The notes below the pieces were generated by a model. It did no database searches. It worked only from the letters and a program-made list of their open reading frames with translations, and was not told the origin of the DNA. The position numbers and the translations under genes were made by a program. Below, piece by piece: positions 16,483-24,932 of a stretch of DNA of 31,229 bases. The stretch comes from a virus (lineage: Duplodnaviria > Caudoviricetes). Positions within the stretch are counted from its first letter, which is position 1; every line of letters begins with the position of its first letter. The stretch spans positions 1 through 31,229 of IMG/VR virus record IMGVR_UViG_3300017716_002651; one strand, 5' to 3'.

Positions 16483-16507
16483 TAATTAAAATTTAGTGTT
16501 ATCTTTG
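16478..16507 (+). promoter_or_regulatory. Bacteroidota-type promoter
   Basis: TTTG-N18-TATCTTTG. Confidence 0.6.
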
Positions 16508-16511
16508 TATT

Positions 16512-16610
16512 GCACTTCCAGTTATGAAAATATTAAAAAGAAATTCCCGTTCCATACCATTGCCTAAGCATATCTTATGCGCTGGAGTGCCTTTGGTATG
16601 GTTCGGGGAA
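16512..16610 (+). ncRNA. Structured (pseudoknot-like) 5' leader of HNH gene 2
   Basis: GCACTTCCAG (16512-21) with CTGGAGTGC (16582-90); TTCCCGTTCCATACCA (16544-59) with TGGTATGGTTCGGGGAA (16594-610); order A-B-A'-B'. Confidence 0.6.
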
Positions 16611-16618
16611 CTTATTTA

Positions 16619-17161
16619 ATGGAAAATAAAATAGAAATTTGGAAAACAATTGATGGTTTTGAGGATTACCAAATCAGTAATTTTGGTAGGGTTAAGTCAT
16701 TCAAAAAATATGTAACCAACGAGAGAATATTATTACCACGAAAAAATAAAGATGGATATTTACAACTTGATTTATGCCAACATGGTAAACAAAAGAGATT
16801 TAAAATTCACATATTAGTTGCTATATATTATAAAGGTCATGTTCCTGATGGCACTATGAATGTTGTTGTTGACCATGATGATAACAACCCTTTAAACAAC
16901 CACGAGGATAACATAAAACTAATTTCCAATCGTGAAAATTGTAGCAAAGATGTAAAAGAAGGTACAAGCCAATACGTTGGTGTTTATTTTAGAAAAGATA
17001 GAAACAAATGGGTTGCACGTATTCAATTTAAAGGCAGACAAATTAACTTGGGTATGTTTAAACTAGAAATAGAGGCTAAAAACGCTTACGATAAGGCACT
17101 TAATGAATGGAAACAAGGGTTAGACCTTAATATATTATACCCAAAAAAAGTACAAAAATAA
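16619..17161 (+). CDS. NUMOD4-HNH-AP2 homing endonuclease (paralog of 14352)
   Basis: EIWKTIDGFEDYQISNFGRVKS; VVDHDDNNPLNNHEDN; one AP2-like unit; start moved to MENKIEIW. Confidence 0.92.
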   Translation: MENKIEIWKTIDGFEDYQISNFGRVKSFKKYVTNERILLPRKNKDGYLQLDLCQHGKQKRFKIHILVAIYYKGHVPDGTMNVVVDHDDNNPLNNHEDNIKLISNRENCSKDVKEGTSQYVGVYFRKDRNKWVARIQFKGRQINLGMFKLEIEAKNAYDKALNEWKQGLDLNILYPKKVQK

Positions 17162-17170
17162 AATAAAACC

Positions 17171-17668
17171 ATGAAAACAATTGATAAAGTAACAACAACT
17201 AACCTAGATTTGGCATTAAGAATGGCAGGCATCTACATTAATCCAAAAGACATTGATAAAATAATTGACATAGTAGATCTTATTGAAGAAAAAGGTGATG
17301 ATACCAGTATTAGGGATATTTCCAAACTTCAAGCAGAATGGGATTGGGATAAAGAAGCAGATACTATTATCAATGAAAATAAAAATACTGAAAATATCAA
17401 ACTTAAAGATTTGGTACAAAATGAGTGGTATCATTTAGAAGATGATACCTTTAATAATTATCATCTTATATTCAAATTCTGTTCATTGGATAAAATGAAT
17501 GGTGAAAATGATAGAATAAATTATTATTTAATGCTTGATCTAAATACACCTAGAGAAGATTTTTTTTCAAATTACTTTATAAGTTACAATGCGAGTTTTG
17601 ATATAATTCGTAAAGCTCCAAAAGAATTAGTCCTAAATTGTTTCCCTAACGAATTTGATGCCAAATGA
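17171..17668 (+). CDS. Hypothetical protein
   Basis: 165-aa ORF with A-rich leader. Confidence 0.65.
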   Translation: MKTIDKVTTTNLDLALRMAGIYINPKDIDKIIDIVDLIEEKGDDTSIRDISKLQAEWDWDKEADTIINENKNTENIKLKDLVQNEWYHLEDDTFNNYHLIFKFCSLDKMNGENDRINYYLMLDLNTPREDFFSNYFISYNASFDIIRKAPKELVLNCFPNEFDAK

Positions 17669-17892
17669 GTAATTTAACCGATACCGATACAGCATCTTAT
17701 CTATCTGATTTTAAGGATAACTACCTAAAGCCAATTGAGGCAGCACATAACAAATATCAAACTTTTAAAGAACTGCCACCAAAAGAATCTGCCAAGGCTG
17801 ATGATATTGCTAAAAAGTATGCTTTCCTAAGTAGCTTTGTTGCCTGTGTTGAAAAAACATTAGAAGAGAATTTTATTTTAAAACAAAAATAG
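17665..17892 (+). CDS. Hypothetical protein
   Basis: ATGA-coupled ORF. Confidence 0.6.
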   Translation: MSNLTDTDTASYLSDFKDNYLKPIEAAHNKYQTFKELPPKESAKADDIAKKYAFLSSFVACVEKTLEENFILKQK

Positions 17893-17895
17893 TTC

Positions 17896-17925
17896 TTGCA
17901 TTATTTATATAATATATTATCTTTG
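17896..17925 (+). promoter_or_regulatory. Bacteroidota-type promoter
   Basis: TTG-N19-TATCTTTG. Confidence 0.7.
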
Positions 17926-17960
17926 TAACCGACATTTAAAAACAATTAATTAATAAAAAC

Positions 17961-18863
17961 ATGAGAGGTGACATTCAATTAACAAATCCTGCGAACAGAT
18001 TTTTCAAATGGTCAGGATCTACTGGTAAATTATCTTATTATGATAAGGAAACAGAGGAAAATGTAGAGGTAGAAACACCTTTTACATTCCTAGTGTTGGA
18101 AACATACACAACATTTAAAGGCTTTGATAAGGCTGCTGATGCTGGTATTTATTCAAATGAGGTGAAAGATACTACCAAGCAACTTCTTAACGTAAGAAGT
18201 GGTAAAAACACCATCGAGATAGGGCTTTACCAAGACATTAAAGCAGCAGTAGTTGCCAAAGGTGGAAAGTATGCTTCTAGTGTATATGTGGCTTATAAAA
18301 ATGAAGTTGGTAAACTTGTAATTGGTAATATTACTTTTAGCGGTTCTTCTTTTGGTGGTGGTGTTCATGTTCCTGATGACAAAAAAATGAAGGATATTGA
18401 AATACCTGCATGGTTAGATTTTAGCAAAAAATATGCTACAGAAATACTTGCCAAAGCAGTTGTTTTAGAAGGTAAGGATGAGCGTATTTGTACCAATGGA
18501 AATACAAAGTTCTACGCTCCTAAGTTCAAACTTAAAGATATTACTCCTGAAACTGATGCTGAGGCTATTGCTTTAACACAAATTCTAAAGGAATACATGA
18601 CTGCCTATTTTGCAAAAACTCAGTCCGAAATTGTAGCCGAAACACCTGCTGCTGAAACAGAAGAAAGCGTAAAAGCTAAGATTGAAGAAAGCATCAAGAA
18701 ACAATTTGGTGGAACAACTGAAAACCTTACTGCCACAGAAAAAGCATTTATGGTTAAACCTGAGGTGGAAGATGCTGCACCTAATATGGGTGGTAATTTG
18801 CCTGGTGAGGAAGAATCTTCTTTTGTAGATTTTAATCCTGATGACGATTCACTACCTTTCTAG
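17961..18863 (+). CDS. Putative ssDNA-binding protein
   Basis: Beta-rich N-domain, disordered linker, SSB-type acidic tail PDDDSLPF; replication context. Confidence 0.6.
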   Translation: MRGDIQLTNPANRFFKWSGSTGKLSYYDKETEENVEVETPFTFLVLETYTTFKGFDKAADAGIYSNEVKDTTKQLLNVRSGKNTIEIGLYQDIKAAVVAKGGKYASSVYVAYKNEVGKLVIGNITFSGSSFGGGVHVPDDKKMKDIEIPAWLDFSKKYATEILAKAVVLEGKDERICTNGNTKFYAPKFKLKDITPETDAEAIALTQILKEYMTAYFAKTQSEIVAETPAAETEESVKAKIEESIKKQFGGTTENLTATEKAFMVKPEVEDAAPNMGGNLPGEEESSFVDFNPDDDSLPF

Positions 18864-18971
18864 CAGTGGAAAGGTCAAAGGATTTAGTTGAAGAGCAACG
18901 ACAGTGGGAACTTATTCAAGAGCCTACTGTCTTAAAAACATTAATAACAGAATATTTAACAGAGAGAAATT

Positions 18972-20252
18972 ATGGGAATAAAAATTCAAAAAGTAGCCAT
19001 CAAGAATTTCAAAGTTCTAAAGAACGTAGAGAAAGAAATTAATGGCAATTCAGTATTTCTAATAGCTGAAAATGGTAGGGGCAAAAGCTCATTCATGCAA
19101 GCTATTCAAATAGCATTGGGTAACTCTTCATCTATTCCCAAGGAAATGACTGGAGAAGGTGTTGTAGAATTAACTAAAAATGGTGAACCTTATACCTTTT
19201 CTTTTAAAACAAGTAAGGATGGCAAGCCAAAGTTAAGCGTAACACTTCCAAATGGCCTTAAAGATGATAAGAAAGGTGTTATTGCAGGTATTGTAGGTTC
19301 ATTGGACTTTGATATTGATGAGTTTGTAAAACTATCTGAAACAACTGTTGGCAAGAAAAAGCAAGTAGAAGAGTTTAAGAAACTTTTGCCACAAGAATTT
19401 ATCAATGGGCTTAAAGAATATGAACTGAAGATAAAAAACATCTATGATGAGCGTACAGAAGTAAATCGTAAGATTGAAACCTTGGAAGGATTTATTCGTG
19501 AATCACCTCTATTCGGTAACGATTTAAACACTCAACCTGTAGATGTAACAAATCTATCAGCAGAACTTGAAAAAGCTAATGCACATAATCAAAAGATTAA
19601 GGATGTAAAGCTAAGGTTTGATGAGAGAGCCAAAAGTATTCAGGCTAAAGTTGATAGAACCAATGCTATAAATGAAGAAATTGAAGCATTAAAGGCTGAA
19701 TTAATTGAATTAGATCGTACTTCTCAAACAGAGGCAACAGTACAAAAGCAAGCTGAAAAGTTTATAGCAGAAGCCAAAGTAATTGATACCAGCGAGATAT
19801 TGACTCAAATTAACAATGCTAGTGAGATTAATATTAAAGCTAGTAAGGCAGTTGACCATAAAGCCAAACTTAAACAATTAGATGGTTTCAAGGAGTCTGC
19901 TGGAGATTTAACTGTTCAATTAGAAGTTACCAAGCAAACTATAAGTGATGCTATTAAAGACTTTGATAGCCCAGTAGAAGGATTATCATTTGATGTTGAC
20001 CAATTAATCTACAATAATATCCCTGTTGATGCTGCTAGTCTTTCTACAAGTGAGATTATCCACTTAGGAATTAAGATGAAGATTGCTGCCAACCCTGATG
20101 CTGGATTATTATTCATAGAGCATGGTGAGAGTTTAGGTGCTAAAAGATTACAAGATATTCTTGAACTTGCTAAGAAATATGACTTACAAATGTTTATTGA
20201 GGAAGTTAAACGTGGTCAGGATGAATTACAAATTGAAATAATACCAGAATAA
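18972..20252 (+). CDS. SMC/Rad50-like ATPase
   Basis: IKNFK, Walker A AENGRGKSS, central coiled coil, signature LSTSE, Walker B-like LLFIE. Confidence 0.88.
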   Translation: MGIKIQKVAIKNFKVLKNVEKEINGNSVFLIAENGRGKSSFMQAIQIALGNSSSIPKEMTGEGVVELTKNGEPYTFSFKTSKDGKPKLSVTLPNGLKDDKKGVIAGIVGSLDFDIDEFVKLSETTVGKKKQVEEFKKLLPQEFINGLKEYELKIKNIYDERTEVNRKIETLEGFIRESPLFGNDLNTQPVDVTNLSAELEKANAHNQKIKDVKLRFDERAKSIQAKVDRTNAINEEIEALKAELIELDRTSQTEATVQKQAEKFIAEAKVIDTSEILTQINNASEINIKASKAVDHKAKLKQLDGFKESAGDLTVQLEVTKQTISDAIKDFDSPVEGLSFDVDQLIYNNIPVDAASLSTSEIIHLGIKMKIAANPDAGLLFIEHGESLGAKRLQDILELAKKYDLQMFIEEVKRGQDELQIEIIPE

Positions 20253-20255
20253 CCT

Positions 20256-20675
20256 ATGAGTAACGCAATGAGAAAAATGTATAGCATGGCATTGATGGCT
20301 GCTGCTATGAGTGGCGGACTTGGTGGTGGAATGCCTGGTTTTGGAATGAATGGCGATAACCAAGATGAAAGAAAACGCCCTATGCCAAAGTTCACCAAAC
20401 CAAAGCTATCTGGTGTAAATCACATTGGGTCAATTCCAAAAGGCTGTCAAGTGCAAAAGGCTGAGGTAATTGCTAGGAAAGAGAACTATCACATATCAAT
20501 TATCGTGGAAATAGTTGCCATGACCAAGAAGGCATTTAATCAGAAATTAGTGGCTAAAAAGAACGAGATAAGTACTTATATCTCTTTTACTCCTATTGCC
20601 GAATTACTTTTAGACAACAGATTTCTATTAACTGCAATGCCTGATGAAGTGGTCAATGAAGGATCTGAAGGATAA
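20256..20675 (+). CDS. Hypothetical protein
   Basis: M/A/G-rich N-terminus; in operon. Confidence 0.6.
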   Translation: MSNAMRKMYSMALMAAAMSGGLGGGMPGFGMNGDNQDERKRPMPKFTKPKLSGVNHIGSIPKGCQVQKAEVIARKENYHISIIVEIVAMTKKAFNQKLVAKKNEISTYISFTPIAELLLDNRFLLTAMPDEVVNEGSEG

Positions 20676-20782
20676 AGGAATATTTGTCAATCAGGATGGT
20701 GTTGGTAAGGTTTTAGTTCCAAAGGTTAAAAAGGAAGTTACAGAAGATCAAATTAAAAAGGTATTGGAGAAACTTAGAAAGA

Positions 20783-21121
20783 ATGATAAGAATAGAGGCA
20801 AAACCACTTAGCGTAAATGATGCTTGGAAGGGCAGAAGGTTCAAAACCGATGAATACAAAGCATTTGAACGCAAGATTCTTTTCATGTTGCCTAAGAAGA
20901 TTGATTTACCTCCAGCACCTTATGAATTACACCTTAAATGGGGATTCAGTAGTAGTTTAAGTGATTGGGATAACCCTATAAAGCCATTTCAAGATGTACT
21001 TCAAAAGAAGTATAAGTTTAATGATAAGATGATTAAAAGGGGAATTGTAGATGTAATTGAAGTAGAAAAAGGTAAGGAATTTATAGAATTTGAATTAAAG
21101 ACATTGAGCAGAGAGGTATAG
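20783..21121 (+). CDS. rusA: RusA-like Holliday junction resolvase
   Basis: KPLSVN...DWDNPIKPFQDVL...FNDKMI. Confidence 0.85.
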   Translation: MIRIEAKPLSVNDAWKGRRFKTDEYKAFERKILFMLPKKIDLPPAPYELHLKWGFSSSLSDWDNPIKPFQDVLQKKYKFNDKMIKRGIVDVIEVEKGKEFIEFELKTLSREV

Positions 21122-21400
21122 AATACCCTCCTATTAACAAGGCAAAGGTTAGGATGCTTTTGGGCGCAAAGATGAAATAGCGTGTGAAATAGGATTCACT
21201 GCTTTAAAGAAGCTGGCATGGTTGCCAATGGTTTCGACCAAGAATAAAACCTCATCAAGAATGGAGTGACATTCGGCCAATGCCCTTGGCAACAGTATAG
21301 GGTATAACACAATACAAGTGAACTATTGAAGGGGAGATGTAAAAGTCAAAGCCAATATGTTCTGGTTTTTGGTTCTTCTGAAGTACAAAGAAGATTTAGT
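21113..21400 (+). ncRNA. Candidate multi-hairpin structured RNA
   Basis: ~280 nt without a credible gene, containing about ten short hairpins including TGGT-TTCG-ACCA; directly precedes tRNA-like element 3. Confidence 0.5.
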
Positions 21401-21405
21401 TGGTT

Positions 21406-21462
21406 TAGGGAGTAGCTCAGTGGTAGAGCAAAGTGTCAGGGGTTCGATTCCTCTCTCCCTAA
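21406..21462 (+). ncRNA. tRNA-like element 3: 57 nt, anticodon arm absent
   Basis: Acceptor TAGGGAG/CTCCCTA+A, TA, D-arm GCTC-AGTGGTA-GAGC, 8-nt linker AAAGTGTC, T-arm AGGGG-TTCGATT-CCTCT. Confidence 0.85.
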
Positions 21463-21552
21463 CTATGGACAAAATGCTTATTAGGATAGCTGTATGGTTA
21501 CTAAAAAAAGTAAATCAAGACATAGTAGTTCACAAGAATTCATTTAATCACT

Positions 21553-21918
21553 ATGTTGGACAAATTGAATACACAGAAATACATGGATAAAGATATTTTA
21601 CACAAAGCCATTCTACACTATGGCATTGAAAGCCAACTCAACCAATGTGTTGAAGAGATGGCAGAACTAACTGTTGCAATCAATAAAGCTCGCAGAACTA
21701 GAATTGTTAAAACTTGGGGTATATCCCCACCTGCTATTGAAAGCAATATGAATGAGATTGAAGCGTACAACAATCTTTGCATGGAGGTAGCTGATGTTAA
21801 AATTATGCTTGCCCAAATGGAATTAATGCTAGATATTGGTAGAATTGACCTTTCAGTAGCAAGAAAGTTGAAAAGATTGAATGACCGAATTAATAAAGAA
21901 GTAGAAAATGGCAATTAA
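21553..21918 (+). CDS. MazG-like nucleotide pyrophosphohydrolase
   Basis: QCVEEMAELTVAI...EVADV. Confidence 0.8.
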   Translation: MLDKLNTQKYMDKDILHKAILHYGIESQLNQCVEEMAELTVAINKARRTRIVKTWGISPPAIESNMNEIEAYNNLCMEVADVKIMLAQMELMLDIGRIDLSVARKLKRLNDRINKEVENGN

Positions 21919-22162
21919 AAAACAAAATTTCACTTTTAAGATTTACAATGGTAGAATAAAAGTTTACGTTGATGAATGTGTTATGTTTTCATTCAATCAG
22001 ATAGACTTTTTAGGGTATTATTTTTTTAAGGATGATACCAAACTTTACGGAATGACATTACACTTTCTTAGAGAAAAAGCTGGTCATGCGGAAATGGATG
22101 TCTATTTTAAGGACAAAGAAACCTGGTTAGAGGTAAACAAACTACTAGATTTGAACTTGTAA
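21908..22162 (+). CDS. Hypothetical protein
   Basis: 84-aa ORF in operon. Confidence 0.6.
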   Translation: MAIKKQNFTFKIYNGRIKVYVDECVMFSFNQIDFLGYYFFKDDTKLYGMTLHFLREKAGHAEMDVYFKDKETWLEVNKLLDLNL

Positions 22163-22193
22163 ATCAATTAAAAAGTAGTTATTTTTGGGTATT

Positions 22194-23063
22194 ATGACAA
22201 TTAACAATAACTTTATAGTAGGTAATTTAGGAACAACTGTTCTTTTTTCGGATTTAACAGGGATTACAGCTCCGTATAGCTATGGTAAAAATGGTGTAAT
22301 CGCCTACTCAGCAGTTACCTTTTTTCGTCTTAAAATAGCTACAATTACTACCATAGATAACCCAACAGCACTTGTTGCAGGTGATGCTTTTGTACTTAAT
22401 ACAGAATATTTATGCACAAGTGGCACTGCTATAGTGGTTGACTCTAAAACTATGAGTGCTGGAGATTATTTTGTACCACGCATTACAGGTTTAACCGTAC
22501 CAGCAAATAGTACTTTCGTTGCTACAGGAAACTATATTTACATACCTACTTCTTTTAATGCCACCACAAACCTTCTTTACCAAGTAGCCACAACTCTATC
22601 TTTAGCAGAAATTAACCAAGCATTGAATACCTATGTAGAGGATAATTTATACATATTAGAGTATGAAATTTACTATTCGAGTGCTAGTACTACCACTAAT
22701 GCTGTAGATGGTCAAAGCTATATCGTAAATTCTGGAACAGCTACATTTAATGGAAGTGTTTATCGTCAAGGTGAGGTTTTTACCGCAAATAGTACTGGAA
22801 ACATAACCACAACAGGTGTTTTCTCAAAATTATATGCCAGAAAAACAACTTACTTTACTCTTGTTTGGAATATGCTCCAACTCCTATTCAGCATAATGGA
22901 ATCAAGCCAAGACGAATCAATTCAAGCACAATTATATGGAATCAGAGCAGAGTTAGAAGCCTTGCAGTTCAGTTGTGCTACTGGAAATGTTAGTTTTCTG
23001 TACGCAAGAAAGTTACTTGATAGATTAAGTTCAAGATTAACATATATTTACAGCATCACTTAA
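22194..23063 (+). CDS. Thr-rich beta protein, possibly virion-associated
   Basis: T/S/G/N-rich; internal repeat Y-x-x-x-SGTA...G-x-x-F; own promoter TTG-N20-TATTTTTG at 22157-22187. Confidence 0.6.
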   Translation: MTINNNFIVGNLGTTVLFSDLTGITAPYSYGKNGVIAYSAVTFFRLKIATITTIDNPTALVAGDAFVLNTEYLCTSGTAIVVDSKTMSAGDYFVPRITGLTVPANSTFVATGNYIYIPTSFNATTNLLYQVATTLSLAEINQALNTYVEDNLYILEYEIYYSSASTTTNAVDGQSYIVNSGTATFNGSVYRQGEVFTANSTGNITTTGVFSKLYARKTTYFTLVWNMLQLLFSIMESSQDESIQAQLYGIRAELEALQFSCATGNVSFLYARKLLDRLSSRLTYIYSIT

Positions 23064-23106
23064 AATAGTTATTGCATTTCTTATATAAATAATTATCTTT
23101 GTTGAT

Positions 23107-23766
23107 ATGGAAACAAAGTATGTTGGGTATTTTCGTGTGAGTACCAAAGACCAAGGAGAATCAGGTTTGGGGTTACAATCTCAGCGACAATCTGTAAATA
23201 AAATGTTTGGTGAGTGCATTGCAGAATTTACCGAGGTAGAAAGTGGCAGGAAGAAAAACCGACCTGAGTTGTTAAAGGCCATTGAAATGTGCAAACAGAA
23301 AGGTGCTACATTGGTAGTGGCTAAATTAGATAGGCTTTCTCGTGATCCGTTATTTGTATTTACTCTTAGAGATAGTGGTGTGAAGTTTATTGCAGCAGAT
23401 AATGTTCATGCCAATGACCTTACAATAGGTTTGTTAGCAGTTATTGCTGGTAATGAAGCAACATTAATAAGAACTAGAACAAAGGCAGCACTTGCAGTTA
23501 AGAAACAACAATTAGCACTAGAAGGGAAGCGTTTAGGCTGCCCAAATTTAACATCAACAGGCAGAACTATTCAAGAGGTAATCGCTGAGAATCGTAAATG
23601 TAGGGTATATTCCAAGCCTGATTCTGAAAAGGTAAGGACATTAAAGATTTTAAAGGATGCTGGACAGCCAATGGATGAAGTTCAAAGGGTAGCCACACAG
23701 TTATTTGGAAAGACAATTTCAAAAGTTACAATTTATTCATATTTAAAATCATACCAAGCAGTATAA
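23107..23766 (+). CDS. Small serine recombinase (resolvase/invertase)
   Basis: YFRVST catalytic Ser, ESG, RPEL, KLDRLSR, C-terminal HTH ISKVTIYSYL; promoter TTG-N19-TATCTTTG at 23072-23101. Confidence 0.93.
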   Translation: METKYVGYFRVSTKDQGESGLGLQSQRQSVNKMFGECIAEFTEVESGRKKNRPELLKAIEMCKQKGATLVVAKLDRLSRDPLFVFTLRDSGVKFIAADNVHANDLTIGLLAVIAGNEATLIRTRTKAALAVKKQQLALEGKRLGCPNLTSTGRTIQEVIAENRKCRVYSKPDSEKVRTLKILKDAGQPMDEVQRVATQLFGKTISKVTIYSYLKSYQAV

Positions 23767-23784
23767 TACCAATCAGTATAATTC

Positions 23785-23970
23785 ATGAGTAACGAAATAA
23801 GCAAAATAACCATCCACTACGAGAAAGATGGTAAGATGGAAGTAGCAACAAGAATATTTGAACCGCCAGTAGGTGAAGATAGCATGGCAGTTGTATATCG
23901 AGCTATAAAGAACTTTTACGATTTTAACCCAATTAACCCAAATACCAATGAACGAAGAATTGAGAATTGA
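23785..23970 (+). CDS. Hypothetical protein
   Basis: 61-aa ORF. Confidence 0.5.
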   Translation: MSNEISKITIHYEKDGKMEVATRIFEPPVGEDSMAVVYRAIKNFYDFNPINPNTNERRIEN

Positions 23971-24003
23971 TTATATCTTTTCACTTTTAGATCCTGAAGA
24001 GTA

Positions 24004-24246
24004 ATGAGCGTAGAAACTAACCTAAGGTACTATGCCCACCTTTACTTTACTGAGAAAGCTGAAAAGGCTACTGATAGAAGCGACATTGAACTGCTAATTA
24101 CAGGAAGTAACGCTTGTAATTTAGATTTAGAAGATGAGTTGAATGACATTTGGAAAGATAACTGCGAAAAGTTTATTGCCATAGAGCAAGAAAAGCAAAG
24201 CTATAAATGGTATGATTTTTTTAGTAAAACATTTTTAGGAAAGTAA
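24004..24246 (+). CDS. Hypothetical protein
   Basis: 80-aa ORF. Confidence 0.55.
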   Translation: MSVETNLRYYAHLYFTEKAEKATDRSDIELLITGSNACNLDLEDELNDIWKDNCEKFIAIEQEKQSYKWYDFFSKTFLGK

Positions 24247-24247
24247 C

Positions 24248-24454
24248 ATGGAAAAATTAAGTATTGAAGAAGCGTTCAAGCAAAAACTGTTTGAAAATGG
24301 AGAAGTTAGTATGAAGTTAGAAATTAAATTTATTGGATTTTATAAATTAAGAGCGTTGATGCTTTTTATCAATATTCTAAATTTAATTGTAATACCCAAA
24401 AGGCTATTAAATAAGAGTACTAAAGTAATAGATTGTCACTTTAAAATAAAATAA
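24248..24454 (+). CDS. Hypothetical protein
   Basis: 1-nt gap from the previous gene. Confidence 0.55.
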   Translation: MEKLSIEEAFKQKLFENGEVSMKLEIKFIGFYKLRALMLFINILNLIVIPKRLLNKSTKVIDCHFKIK

Positions 24455-24455
24455 C

Positions 24456-24932
24456 ATGAACGATAAAAAACCAATCAGAGAAGGTGACTTGATTGCCTTG
24501 CTAGAAAACAATGCTGTAAGAAGTATATCACACGTTATACCTGTTAATGACCTAATAGAGCATATAGAAGCCATAGATTGCCAATGTAAAGTATCACTAT
24601 ACATCCATGAAGAAGATGTACTGATACGCCATACACCACTTGACCAAAGGGACATGGTAGAAAAAGCCAATGAGGTACTTGGTAATGCAGGTAATAATGA
24701 TCCAAAAAAAGGTTGGGAAACTATTCTTATTGTAATTCCTGTACTATGCCAATGTAATGAGTGTCAAGAAGAAAGAGATGCTGGCCCAAACCTAGATCTT
24801 ATTCATTCAGTACTAAATTTATTGTGCAATAAGTGCGAACACATTCTTTCTGAAGAAGAGATTGAGGAAGTTAAAAATGCTCAATACCATATTAATGTTT
24901 TCACTGGTATAAATAACGATTCTGTTCATTAA
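24456..24932 (+). CDS. Hypothetical His/Cys-rich metal-binding protein
   Basis: HVIPVNDLIEH...CQC...RH; CQCNEC; CNKC. Confidence 0.65.
   Translation: MNDKKPIREGDLIALLENNAVRSISHVIPVNDLIEHIEAIDCQCKVSLYIHEEDVLIRHTPLDQRDMVEKANEVLGNAGNNDPKKGWETILIVIPVLCQCNECQEERDAGPNLDLIHSVLNLLCNKCEHILSEEEIEEVKNAQYHINVFTGINNDSVH

Noticed and set aside
16577-16618. ORF-track start of HNH gene 2
   Set aside because: Lies inside the structured leader; the paralog alignment supports 16619.
21357-21464. N-terminal part of ORF 21357..21590
   Set aside because: It is a translation of the tRNA-like element (GSSSVVEQ...GSIPL); any real gene more likely starts at ATG 21465.
23107-23766. Serine resolvase as the cassette integrase
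   Set aside because: Small serine recombinases act on sequence-specific dsDNA sites, whereas the array sites vary in sequence; the gene is 9 kb away. Not strictly excluded.
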